From a virus, in UHGV virus genome UHGV-0018639: DNA of 64,000 nt; one strand, written 5' to 3'. The notes under the pieces are model-generated. The model searched no databases. It was given only the letters and a program-made list of their open reading frames with translations, and was not told the origin of the DNA. A program made the translations under genes and the position numbers. Below, piece after piece: positions 28,661-37,700 of the stretch (its first letter is position 1; the number at the start of each line of letters is the position of its first letter).

Positions 28661-29059
28661 TTAGTTGCTCTTCTCCTTGAGAAGGTCTTCCATTTCAAGA
28701 TTGACAAGATTGAGCAAATCAACTTGATCTTCAGTGGCTTCGCTGAGCTTCATCGGATGACCAAAAACCATTTCGATCTTTTTGGAAATACGACGAGCCA
28801 TATCAGCATCGGCATTTTCGCCTGTGCCGACAAGCTTGACCCAAAGGTCTTGCGCGTGGTTGCGAACAGTTATGTAGTTAAGAGCTTCCTCACTCTTGAT
28901 TATAACATTATCCACCGCAGAACCGCCGCTCACTTCAATCTCCTTATCTATTGCGCGACCTACCGCGTCTTCAAGATAAGAATAACCAAAAGGAAGGACA
29001 GGGTCAAGGAAACGATATCGACTACCCGCGGTAATAGTGGGAGTAGCGCGAGTTATCAA
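28661..29059 (-). CDS. hypothetical protein; possibly the 3' exon of the Sak4-like ATPase
   Basis: Lies directly downstream of the LAGLIDADG ORF that follows the truncated-looking AAA_24 gene. No clear own promoter or RBS was assessed. Confidence 0.3.
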   Translation of the reverse strand: MITRATPTITAGSRYRFLDPVLPFGYSYLEDAVGRAIDKEIEVSGGSAVDNVIIKSEEALNYITVRNHAQDLWVKLVGTGENADADMARRISKKIEMVFGHPMKLSEATEDQVDLLNLVNLEMEDLLKEKSN

Positions 29060-29155
29060 GTGTCTTTCCCAGCCTGTTTTGTCATTCCACTCTTTAGTAA
29101 TGACGCCTATAATATCAACACATTTTGTTATCGTAAAGCTTTTTATCTTTACTTC

Positions 29156-30058
29156 TTACTCTTGATTTTGAGCAAGTTCAGCATATCTTTTTTCCTCTTC
29201 TCCAGAGGAATAGAGTCTCGTGGATTTTATATCATAAAAGTTTTTCATTGCTTGATATTTTCTTTCCATATAAATAGAATTGGGCACATACAGAATCTCA
29301 AAAAGTCTTAAGATAGTGTCTTTTTTATAAACTTGTATTGTATAAAAATGGTCGCCTTGACTGAGCGTCGCTGTGCTGGTCGAAAGAGAGGTAATAATAC
29401 CATATTTATTCAGAAGAACTTGCCGCATCCATTCAATAACTTCTTTTCTTGCTCCACAAATATACCAATTATAATGATATTTTTTATAATCAGTCCAAAT
29501 ACATCCATCTCCATCAAAATATCCTCGAATATAAGAGATAAAATATTGTTCATCAAGAAAAGTCGGCGGTGTTAGAGTAAAAGTTTTACGAGGTATTATT
29601 CCATAATGGGCTAAATCTTGTTTGATAGTATGACTACAAACTCTTAGCCGGCTATACTCACAACCTGAATTATTTGTATAATGCTGAATAGGTCCCTCAT
29701 ATTTTAGTTCTTCTTTTATCTTATACAATATTTCTTCATCGGATCTTTGAATATCTATTGTAAAATGATTCGTATCTTTTGATACTCCGCCATCGGAAGC
29801 TAAAAATCCAAGAATATAAGCCATATTATGAGATTGTATCTTGAAATAATCGTCATTAACATTATAAGCTCGACATTCTTTTGCAGCTTCTTGCCGATTA
29901 CGAACCTTTACTCCCCATTTTTTCAAGTATCTTTGAATTGTCGCTCCTGAAGCTCCTCCAACATCTCGGCCAATAGCATTTACGCCTCTTTTTAGAACTG
30001 TATAATTATAAATTATAAATTCTTTTTGTTCATCTGTAAATGAAATAGATTTACCCAC
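29156..30058 (-). CDS. LAGLIDADG homing endonuclease (double-motif)
   Basis: ILGFLASDGGV and IRGYFDGDGCI. Confidence 0.8.
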   Translation of the reverse strand: MGKSISFTDEQKEFIIYNYTVLKRGVNAIGRDVGGASGATIQRYLKKWGVKVRNRQEAAKECRAYNVNDDYFKIQSHNMAYILGFLASDGGVSKDTNHFTIDIQRSDEEILYKIKEELKYEGPIQHYTNNSGCEYSRLRVCSHTIKQDLAHYGIIPRKTFTLTPPTFLDEQYFISYIRGYFDGDGCIWTDYKKYHYNWYICGARKEVIEWMRQVLLNKYGIITSLSTSTATLSQGDHFYTIQVYKKDTILRLFEILYVPNSIYMERKYQAMKNFYDIKSTRLYSSGEEEKRYAELAQNQE

Positions 30059-30159
30059 TCTGGGTTCCTCCTTTTATGTTTATCAATCTATGCGTTGCGC
30101 GTGTCGGAACTTTTACACTCCGACTTCCGCTCTGATTCCCATCTCAGGGTTCCAGATTT

Positions 30160-30729
30160 TTACTCTAATTTAGATATTTGTTTCCAAATAAATGTCCCAT
30201 TGAGACTATTGACAACTTTTAGGCATCTAGGATTGAGGTCAGGTTTATACCCAACTATAGTTCCCTTATCATCAACTTCCTCTTTCAAATGAGAAGTCAA
30301 AATAAGACCATAACCAAGCATTGTAATTCTGCGAAGAGTGCGCTCAAATTCTTGAGACAGAGACTTATAACCTGCGCCATAAGGAATGTCACCAATCTTC
30401 TGAACGCCAGCCTGTGCACAAATATACTGTTCGCACAAATCCCAAGCAATGGCAACTGTATCAAAACATATCGTCTTATACATTTGCTTTGCTTCAGGTT
30501 TTTCAAGCTGGCGGCAGATGATTTTACAATCACTCCATTTTTCAATGGGCTGAATCATTGCTCCCGGACGAGCATTAGTGCCCATCTCAAAAGCAAGAAT
30601 TAAAGAATCCTTCGCAGTTGTGCAAAATTCCGTTTTTCCGATCTTAGGCTCTCCAGCAAGAAGCACATACTTGCCAGACAAATTTCTCGGAACAACGCTC
30701 GGTTGAATAGATAATATATCAATAGCCAT
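30160..30729 (-). CDS. Sak4-like / AAA_24 RecA-fold ATPase (ssDNA annealing helper), possibly 5' exon
   Basis: Walker A VLLAGEPKIGKTEF. Walker B-like CFDTVAIAWD. 189 aa, shorter than typical AAA_24. Confidence 0.6.
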   Translation of the reverse strand: MAIDILSIQPSVVPRNLSGKYVLLAGEPKIGKTEFCTTAKDSLILAFEMGTNARPGAMIQPIEKWSDCKIICRQLEKPEAKQMYKTICFDTVAIAWDLCEQYICAQAGVQKIGDIPYGAGYKSLSQEFERTLRRITMLGYGLILTSHLKEEVDDKGTIVGYKPDLNPRCLKVVNSLNGTFIWKQISKLE

Positions 30730-30743
30730 AGGTCAAGGCCTCC

Positions 30744-31646
30744 TTAGAAACCGAGGTCAAGACCCATAGACGCAGTGGAAGAAGCTTGAGCGGGCGCCTT
30801 ACGCTGTGCAGCACGAGCACGGCCATTGGCTTTCTGCTGCTCCTGACGTTCCTTTCTCTTATTGAGGCCTGCGCTTATCTCTTCAAGAGTCCAAGCTTTA
30901 TCACCGTCAAGTGGAGTCGGACAGCCACCAGTGATAACAAGCTCACTCAAATTCAGAGTGCGAGTTTCCTCGTGCGGCTCACCGAAGCCCGGATTGACTA
31001 TCTCAGTGCGAACAGTGGAGGTAAAGTTCAGGCGACCTTCAGCTGCAACACAATCATTCTCCTGCCAATATTCGCTTATTGCCGCGCGAACATTCTCGCT
31101 CTTAACAATAAACGGAATGACATCAACAGTATCGCCCCAGCCGGGGACTACGCCACGAATTATCATATTACCAGTCTCAATGCCTTCCTTATCAAGCTCA
31201 GGAGACATATTAGCCAACATCATCTCAATAGAGAAATCAGCTTTAGGCTTCATTTCATCCTTACGCACAACATTAACAAAAGATGCTTGAATCTGAGGAT
31301 AAGAAATCATAGAAGAGCCATCCTGAGACGGATATTCATTCATAGAAATCTTGCCAGTCAGACGGACACGAGTTGCGTCAGCCTCACCAACCTGCGCAAT
31401 ACTATGCATTTCATCAAGAATACGCTGAACAGATGCATATGCAGGATTAGCATTACCATCACGCTTGGTCTTATTTGCAAACAGCTTTACAGGGATTTCA
31501 AGAAGTCCCTCTTTGCTATTGACTCTTATCTTTATAGAACCACCAAGATACTCAGTGGTGCGGCCGTCCTTTTCAAAAGAGCCATTCTTCAGGTCAGTTT
31601 CACTCAATATTCCTTCAATATATACTTTATTAGTTGCTTCTCTCAT
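30744..31646 (-). CDS. single-stranded DNA-binding protein-like
   Basis: OB-like N-terminus NKVYIEGILSE.. Basic linker. C-terminal tail MGLDLGF reminiscent of SSB acidic tips. Adjacent to the Sak4-like gene, as in many phages. Confidence 0.4.
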   Translation of the reverse strand: MREATNKVYIEGILSETDLKNGSFEKDGRTTEYLGGSIKIRVNSKEGLLEIPVKLFANKTKRDGNANPAYASVQRILDEMHSIAQVGEADATRVRLTGKISMNEYPSQDGSSMISYPQIQASFVNVVRKDEMKPKADFSIEMMLANMSPELDKEGIETGNMIIRGVVPGWGDTVDVIPFIVKSENVRAAISEYWQENDCVAAEGRLNFTSTVRTEIVNPGFGEPHEETRTLNLSELVITGGCPTPLDGDKAWTLEEISAGLNKRKERQEQQKANGRARAAQRKAPAQASSTASMGLDLGF

Positions 31647-31726
31647 TTTCTTACTCCTTATTTTTTATTTTGACTCTTTTGAACATAAGGAGCCTGACTA
31701 TTCATCAGGCTCCGATATATTCAAAA

Positions 31727-32005
31727 TTACTCTTCGTCAGCGGACGGAACAAAAACCTTGCCTTCATCAGTCAGATTGACATAAGTGATCTCCTTGGCAT
31801 CTTCGCCTTCACCAGCAACCTTCTCACGAACAACAAGACCCTTCTTCTGAAGGTCAGTTACATTTGCACCGATAGAACGAGCAGCGCGGCCAAGAGCGGA
31901 AACCAGCTCATCAATGGAAATGTGACCACCATTGTCACGAACGTAATTAAAGACTTCACTAGACTTACTTGTCAATTTCACTTTGTTTTTCTCCTTTTGT
32001 TTCAT
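31727..32005 (-). CDS. small winged-helix-like DNA-binding protein (hypothetical)
   Basis: 92 aa. SIDELVSALGRAARSIGANVTDLQKKGLV is an HTH-like segment. Confidence 0.3.
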   Translation of the reverse strand: MKQKEKNKVKLTSKSSEVFNYVRDNGGHISIDELVSALGRAARSIGANVTDLQKKGLVVREKVAGEGEDAKEITYVNLTDEGKVFVPSADEE

Positions 32006-32036
32006 AAATTTTTTATTTTATATAAAATAGATGAGA

Positions 32037-32801
32037 TTATATCTCATTTATTTCTACAAGTATATTATACACAATTTCTTCTAAAAAGTCAAATTTTTGA
32101 TAAGAAATTTCATAAAGAGGAATTTCAAATTGCTTACAAATCTCTCTTTTTTCTCTGTCTCTTTTTTGAACTTTTCGAAGATTTTCTGGTGTATTCCAAG
32201 TATTTATACGATTATATGCTCGATAATGTTGTTCACCATTATATTCTATCAAGCATTTGAGGTTATTTTTTTTATCAAAAATGGCAAAATCGAAATAAGG
32301 ATGCTTACCAGTATCTTGAAAAACAAAATTTGAACGATAATATTGAGTTTGAAAATTGATATTTTTAGATTGCAAAATTGAAGTAATTTTTGCTTCACCT
32401 TTAGAGGCCAAGCAACCGCACGAGGCAACCGCTCCTTTCTTCAAGTTTGCGGCCTCGGCTATATGATAATTACCACACTTACATTGGCATTTCCAATAAG
32501 TCCCATTCTTTACATTCTCTGGACGTGGAACTCTTTCTATTGCCGTTAGCAATCCAAAGGTTTGACCTGCCAAATCTATAAGATTTGATTTACCAACTCG
32601 CCTCATTCGTTCTTGGGCATGAATTCTATCGCCACAAGTAGAAGTCATTCCCTTCCGCAAAGCATCTCCAGCCACAACAGTAGTTTTACCACATTCACAT
32701 TGACAAAGCCAAGTTGCCTTACCACAAGAATTGCTACCAGCACGTTCTAAAACAGTCAATTTCCCATAAATATTACCTGTTTCATCTTTTACTTTTGACA
32801 C
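32037..32801 (-). CDS. free-standing homing-endonuclease-like protein (tandem zinc ribbons plus PD-(D/E)xK/Vsr-like nuclease domain)
   Basis: Repeats GKLTVL..W.CQCECGK...L.KG.TSTCG and W.CQCKCGN...L.KG..ASCGC. C-terminal FDFAIFDKKNNLKCLIEYNGEQHY. Confidence 0.5.
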   Translation of the reverse strand: MSKVKDETGNIYGKLTVLERAGSNSCGKATWLCQCECGKTTVVAGDALRKGMTSTCGDRIHAQERMRRVGKSNLIDLAGQTFGLLTAIERVPRPENVKNGTYWKCQCKCGNYHIAEAANLKKGAVASCGCLASKGEAKITSILQSKNINFQTQYYRSNFVFQDTGKHPYFDFAIFDKKNNLKCLIEYNGEQHYRAYNRINTWNTPENLRKVQKRDREKREICKQFEIPLYEISYQKFDFLEEIVYNILVEINEI

Positions 32802-33005
32802 TTCTAATTCCTCCCGAAAAGAATTTTTATGATAGCTTATGTTCGGGCATATTACTCAATGGGTAATTACTCCATTGCTACCTATCATAAATATTATATC
32901 AAAAATTTCACTCAAAGTCAAATTTTCAATATTAAATTTTGGAAAAGAATAATTTCTTTCTTTCCTTATCTTATATATATATTATACCGCAGATTTTGAA
33001 AAAAG

Positions 33006-35324
33006 TCAAATTTTGACCAAGCCAATTACTTCATTTTTACCAGACAACTTCAATGTTTTGACACCTTGTGCCGCTCGACTTTGAAGCGGCAGATCATCTA
33101 CCTTTATACGGAGCCGCGCGCTTGTAGATATGACAACAAGTTCACGCTCATTCTGTAAGGCAACAAAATCTACAATTCCTTCGGGCATTGCTTTGATACC
33201 TTTCGTATAACGCCCCTGAATGGGTAACTCATCAACAGAAAGCCGCTTAGCAAGTCCTTCTTTTGACACAACAACCACTTCTTTCTCAGACGTAATAGCG
33301 CGGGCACTCGATACTTCATCTCCAAGCCCTAATTTGATGCCGCGAACACCTTTTGTGGCACGTCCAATTGCATTTATTGTATCGGTTTCAATTATAAGGA
33401 ACTGGCCTTTCTTTGTTGCAAGTGCAAGATTTTCTTCATTCATCAGCAATACATTGACCAACTCATCGCCAGCTGCGAATTCAATTGCTTTTATGCCACC
33501 AGAGCGATTGGTATTATACTCCTTGAGTTCAGTTTTCTTGACAAACCCTTGCTTCGTGATGAATATAACATAGCGCGCACTTGTGGTTTTGTTGTAAGAT
33601 GTAAGTGTAAGAACTTTATCATCACCCGCGAAGTCAAGATAAGTTTTCTTTTCATTTTCAAATGAAGACAAAGGCCGTGCGTACATCTGCCCTTTCTGGG
33701 TAAAGAATAGAAGCACGTCGCCTGTCATACAAGATGTCGAATAAGTAATATACTCGCCATCCGCGAGTTTCATTTTACTACCAATCGTATTGCGGCTTTG
33801 TGAGTAGAGCGAAGAAATCTCATTGACATAAATCTCATTCTGATTTGTCAGACTTACCTGATATTTTTTTACTTCAATAGGTTCATCGTCTTCATCTGCT
33901 GACAAATTCAAAATCTGTGTGCGGCGGTCATCTCCAAATTTCTCGGCAACTTCACGCCATCCCTTTTTGATCTCTTCTTTGAACAGCTCCTCATTATTGA
34001 GAATTTTTTCAATAGACTCCGCTTTAGAAACCAAATCAGTCCTTTCATTTTCCAGTTTTTGGACTTCTAAGTGCGCCAAACGGCTTAATTTCATATCCAA
34101 TACTGCTTTGGCTTGTGCTTCATCGAGCAAAAAATTCTGTCGCAATGCAACAGAGGCTGCACTAGCTGATGTGGAACTGCGAATTGTTTGAACAATCTCC
34201 TCAATATGTGCCATACAAATCAGCAGACCATCAATAATGTGAATACGGGATTTGATTTTATTAAGATCAAATTCAAAAGCACGACGATAGACAACACGCT
34301 CATGGTCAATATGAGATTGAAGCATCTCCTTCCAACCAAATACACGAGGAAAACGGCCATTATCTAGCATTGTGAAGTTGATACCATAATGGTACTGAAG
34401 AAATGTATTTTTGAACAGGTACTTTAATACTTTATCAGGATTTGCTTTCTTTGTTAAGTAAATTTTAATTAGCGGAGTAGAACCGGTAAGGTCATTAAAT
34501 CTTTCGATGCCGGGGTTATCCTCTCCATTTACAATTTCCTCAAGTTGACCGCAAATTGTATTGGTGTAAACTCCATATGGAATTTCAGTTATAGTAAAAC
34601 ATTTTTCCTTAGAGTCATACTTGGCCACACTGCGCAACTTACAAGCAAATCCCTGACCATTCTCCATAGATTTTTTTACATCATCTTCGTTATAAAGAAT
34701 GGCGCCAGTAGCAAAATCGGGGGCGCAATAGATTTCATCAAAATCGCAATCTGGATTGTCAATAAGATAAATAAGCGCATTGTTCAATTCGCGCAGGTTA
34801 TATTGAGGAATAGAGCAGGCCATACCCGTTGCAATACCGCTACTACCATTTACGATGTTGTAATACCCCTTAGTAGGAAGTACAGATGGATACAACTCAT
34901 TATCGGCATAATTATCACGCCAATCATCAATAGTATCTTTATCAATGTCAGTAAATAGATATGCAGCAAGCTTAGAGAGCCTTGTCTCTGTATAACGAGG
35001 AGCAGCCCAGTTACCAGATGATAACAAAGTTCCACCATTGCCTTTTACTTCTACAAGTGGATATCTCATAGCAAAAGCTTGACCAGCACGCATTATAATA
35101 CCTTCACAAGAACTGTCACCATGAATATAAAAATGTTTCATAGCATCACCAATCGCTGCCATCGTTTTTTGAAAGGGCTTGGCTGCCACATATTTATATT
35201 TATCCATACAGTAAAAGATTTGACGCGCAGACGGTTTAAGTCCATCACGCACATCAACTAATGCTCGCGATTGAATAACTGCAGCCGCATATTGCGCGAA
35301 ACTTTGCTTTATTATGTCGGTCAT
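33006..35324 (-). CDS. type II DNA topoisomerase, A (GyrA/ParC/gp52-like) subunit
   Basis: QSFAQYAAAVIQSRALVDVRDGLKPSARQIFY matches the GyrA N-terminal signature. Start taken at MTDIIKQ, overlapping the upstream HE-like gene. Confidence 0.8.
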   Translation of the reverse strand: MTDIIKQSFAQYAAAVIQSRALVDVRDGLKPSARQIFYCMDKYKYVAAKPFQKTMAAIGDAMKHFYIHGDSSCEGIIMRAGQAFAMRYPLVEVKGNGGTLLSSGNWAAPRYTETRLSKLAAYLFTDIDKDTIDDWRDNYADNELYPSVLPTKGYYNIVNGSSGIATGMACSIPQYNLRELNNALIYLIDNPDCDFDEIYCAPDFATGAILYNEDDVKKSMENGQGFACKLRSVAKYDSKEKCFTITEIPYGVYTNTICGQLEEIVNGEDNPGIERFNDLTGSTPLIKIYLTKKANPDKVLKYLFKNTFLQYHYGINFTMLDNGRFPRVFGWKEMLQSHIDHERVVYRRAFEFDLNKIKSRIHIIDGLLICMAHIEEIVQTIRSSTSASAASVALRQNFLLDEAQAKAVLDMKLSRLAHLEVQKLENERTDLVSKAESIEKILNNEELFKEEIKKGWREVAEKFGDDRRTQILNLSADEDDEPIEVKKYQVSLTNQNEIYVNEISSLYSQSRNTIGSKMKLADGEYITYSTSCMTGDVLLFFTQKGQMYARPLSSFENEKKTYLDFAGDDKVLTLTSYNKTTSARYVIFITKQGFVKKTELKEYNTNRSGGIKAIEFAAGDELVNVLLMNEENLALATKKGQFLIIETDTINAIGRATKGVRGIKLGLGDEVSSARAITSEKEVVVVSKEGLAKRLSVDELPIQGRYTKGIKAMPEGIVDFVALQNERELVVISTSARLRIKVDDLPLQSRAAQGVKTLKLSGKNEVIGLVKI

Positions 35325-35325
35325 A

Positions 35326-36087
35326 TTATTGCTGTTCACTAAATATTTCCTCCAATCTATCTTCAATAATTTCTTCATAAGTAATATAATATAACTTTAT
35401 ATTGTGTTCTTGGCAATAATTATATTTAATTTTATCTCGCTTTTGGCAATCTTTTAGAGCTTCTTCTGTATTCCAACCAGTTCCAATTTTAAAATGAATA
35501 TTACCTTGAAATTCAATTAAAAAATCAAGCTCTCCACTATCTTTAAATATTGCAAAATCAAATTTATAATAATTGCCTAAAGTTGTGTAAAAATCCTTAA
35601 AGAAATATTCAGCTTGATAATTCTTATGATTAGCATTTAACCAACGCGCTATACTTGCATTGCCTTTTGACTTAGTACATCCACAAGATTCCGTATCACC
35701 AAAGCGCAGATACCTATGATTGACAATACATTCATTACCACAATCGCATTTACATAGCCACATTCTATCTCTATGCCCATTATTATGGTCTAGCCAATGA
35801 CTAAATTTTATTACAGTTAACTTACCAAACCGTTGTCCGGACAGGTCGCCACCACCACGCTCCATATTGCGTGCTATTAGTTTTTCTACACCAAGACAGC
35901 CGCAAGATTGCGTATGCCCATTTCGCAAAAATTTTCCAGCAACTTCAACCTTCTTACCACATTTACAATGGCATAACCACATTGCGCGGTTGTTTTTTGA
36001 TCCGGCCCGCTCAAGGACAGTAAGATAACCATATATCTTTCCAGTTTCATCAATTACTTTTCCCACTGTTTCAAACCTCCATTCCAT
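35326..36087 (-). CDS. free-standing homing-endonuclease-like protein (zinc ribbons plus PD-(D/E)xK-like domain)
   Basis: GKLTVI..W.CKCDCGN...L.FG.TESCGC repeats. C-terminal FDFAIFKDSGELDFLIEFQGNIH. Confidence 0.5.
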   Translation of the reverse strand: MEWRFETVGKVIDETGKIYGYLTVLERAGSKNNRAMWLCHCKCGKKVEVAGKFLRNGHTQSCGCLGVEKLIARNMERGGGDLSGQRFGKLTVIKFSHWLDHNNGHRDRMWLCKCDCGNECIVNHRYLRFGDTESCGCTKSKGNASIARWLNANHKNYQAEYFFKDFYTTLGNYYKFDFAIFKDSGELDFLIEFQGNIHFKIGTGWNTEEALKDCQKRDKIKYNYCQEHNIKLYYITYEEIIEDRLEEIFSEQQ

Positions 36088-36183
36088 TTATATATAAGCA
36101 AAATGGAACTTATGGAATATAGAAAGTTCAATCTATTTGTTCTTTTTATTATATTATATTAAAAATTTAAAGAAAAATCAAAT

Positions 36184-37338
36184 TTATACAACTCTAAATT
36201 GAGTTGTTTCGAGCATTAAATCTTCAATACAAAGAGTGTCTAACTTTGTGTAGGGAATGCGAATTAACGGAATATTATTATCTTTACACCATTGATTTTT
36301 ATAAATATCATGCTCTCGAATTTTTTCAAAATGCTCTTTTATATCCCATCCACTATTTTTATATTCAAAATGCTGAATACCATCAAATTCAATTAAGTAT
36401 TTTTCATCAGCATAAAAATCAAATCTTGCTAATGCTTTTGTGTCATCAAAACGACAGGATTCAAAAGTTTTTTGACTTTTGTAAATAATATCAGCATTCT
36501 CTAAAAGATTGCCGATTACTTCTTCACCCTTTGAAAGTAAACATCCACAAGATAATACTTTTCCATAGTTAAGATTTCCGGGAGTGGCATAATGAGTTCT
36601 ACCGCAATCACATTTACATTCCCACAAAATCCCACCATTTTTATCGCGCTGGTCTGTAGGCTTTATCGCAACTAATCTGCCAAATCTTTTGCCAGTAATG
36701 TCTACAGTGATTTTACACCCGCAAGATTTTGTTGTGCCATTTCTGAGACTAGCCCCCATTACTACACAAGTATTACCACATTCACATTTACAATTCCAAT
36801 AAGTATGATTTGAATAAGAATTTTTAAAATTAGATTTAGATATAACTGTTAATTTTCCAAAAACCATTCCCGTCATATCTTTTTCTGATCCACGACAAGA
36901 AGCACTGCCACAACTAGACACTTCACCATATCTTAACGATGTGCCCCTCACATTAACAACTTTCCCACAATCACATTGACACTCCCAAATTACTTGACGA
37001 TTTGGACCTCGTTCAGATAAAGGCCTTTTTGCTATTAGAGTTCCAAATCTTTGATTGGTAATGTCTTTAAAATTGCATCTTATAATACCATTTTCCCGAT
37101 TTTCTTCATACGCCTGTAAAGTTAATTCTTGATGTTTACACCCGCAAGAGCGAGTTTTTCCAGACTTTAAATTATCTCCATAAACTTCTCTTCGTGTCCC
37201 ACACTCACACTCACAAAGCCAAACCACTTTACCACTACGATTTTTAACTCTGTATAAAACAGTCCAAGCTCCAAACTTTTGCCCTCTTAAATCCTGAGCT
37301 TTTCCAACAGGAATCTCATCTTCATGCATTTTATTCAA
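36184..37338 (-). CDS. free-standing homing-endonuclease-like protein (four zinc-ribbon repeats plus PD-(D/E)xK-like domain)
   Basis: Four W.C.C.CG...L..G...SCGC repeats. C-terminal FDFYADEKYLIEFDGIQHF. Confidence 0.5.
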   Translation of the reverse strand: MNKMHEDEIPVGKAQDLRGQKFGAWTVLYRVKNRSGKVVWLCECECGTRREVYGDNLKSGKTRSCGCKHQELTLQAYEENRENGIIRCNFKDITNQRFGTLIAKRPLSERGPNRQVIWECQCDCGKVVNVRGTSLRYGEVSSCGSASCRGSEKDMTGMVFGKLTVISKSNFKNSYSNHTYWNCKCECGNTCVVMGASLRNGTTKSCGCKITVDITGKRFGRLVAIKPTDQRDKNGGILWECKCDCGRTHYATPGNLNYGKVLSCGCLLSKGEEVIGNLLENADIIYKSQKTFESCRFDDTKALARFDFYADEKYLIEFDGIQHFEYKNSGWDIKEHFEKIREHDIYKNQWCKDNNIPLIRIPYTKLDTLCIEDLMLETTQFRVV

Positions 37339-37552
37339 CCTCTACTAAAATTATTATATTGTTATTTTCATTATTGAAACTAACATTTTTAACAATTTTA
37401 TTATAATAAGGCTCTAATTTATCTAGGAGTCTTCCAATTTTAGGGTTATTATCCATAATAATACGCCAGCAATATTCTCTTTCCTCAATTGAGGTAAAGA
37501 AATATATGCCATCTAAATTACAGAGAGAAATAAATTGCTCTAAATTAATCAT
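37331..37552 (-). CDS. hypothetical protein
   Basis: 73-aa ORF overlapping the upstream gene by 8 nt. Confidence 0.25.
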   Translation of the reverse strand: MINLEQFISLCNLDGIYFFTSIEEREYCWRIIMDNNPKIGRLLDKLEPYYNKIVKNVSFNNENNNIIILVEVE

Positions 37553-37700
37553 GTATCTAGATTATCCTTTTCTTTATTTTCCTCAATTAACTCTTTAAAA
37601 TATTTATACCAATAGCAGGACTTATCTGGTAGACAAGTCCTACACATAGCAGTTTTGCAATTACAGAATTCAAACAAAGGGCATTTATTCCATTTATTAG

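Noticed and set aside
30786-31673. 295-aa plus-strand ORF antisense to the SSB-like gene (and 142-aa nested ORF)
   Set aside because: Low-complexity Arg/Ser/Leu-rich translation typical of antisense frames. No RBS. The minus-strand gene has coherent operon context.
31691-31716. Hairpin ggagcctga-ctattca-tcaggctcc as a terminator between SSB-like and winged-helix genes
   Set aside because: Strong stem, but no U-tract on either strand immediately following. Could be an RNase site or attenuator, not confidently a terminator.
37553-37700. Possible ~50-aa Cys-rich minus-strand peptide (MTNKWNKCPLFEFCNCKTAMCRTCLPDKSCYWYKYF...) between gyrB-like and the 73-aa ORF
   Set aside because: Below the ORF-track threshold, and no clear RBS was checked. 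Noted only; could be a real small zinc-binding protein.
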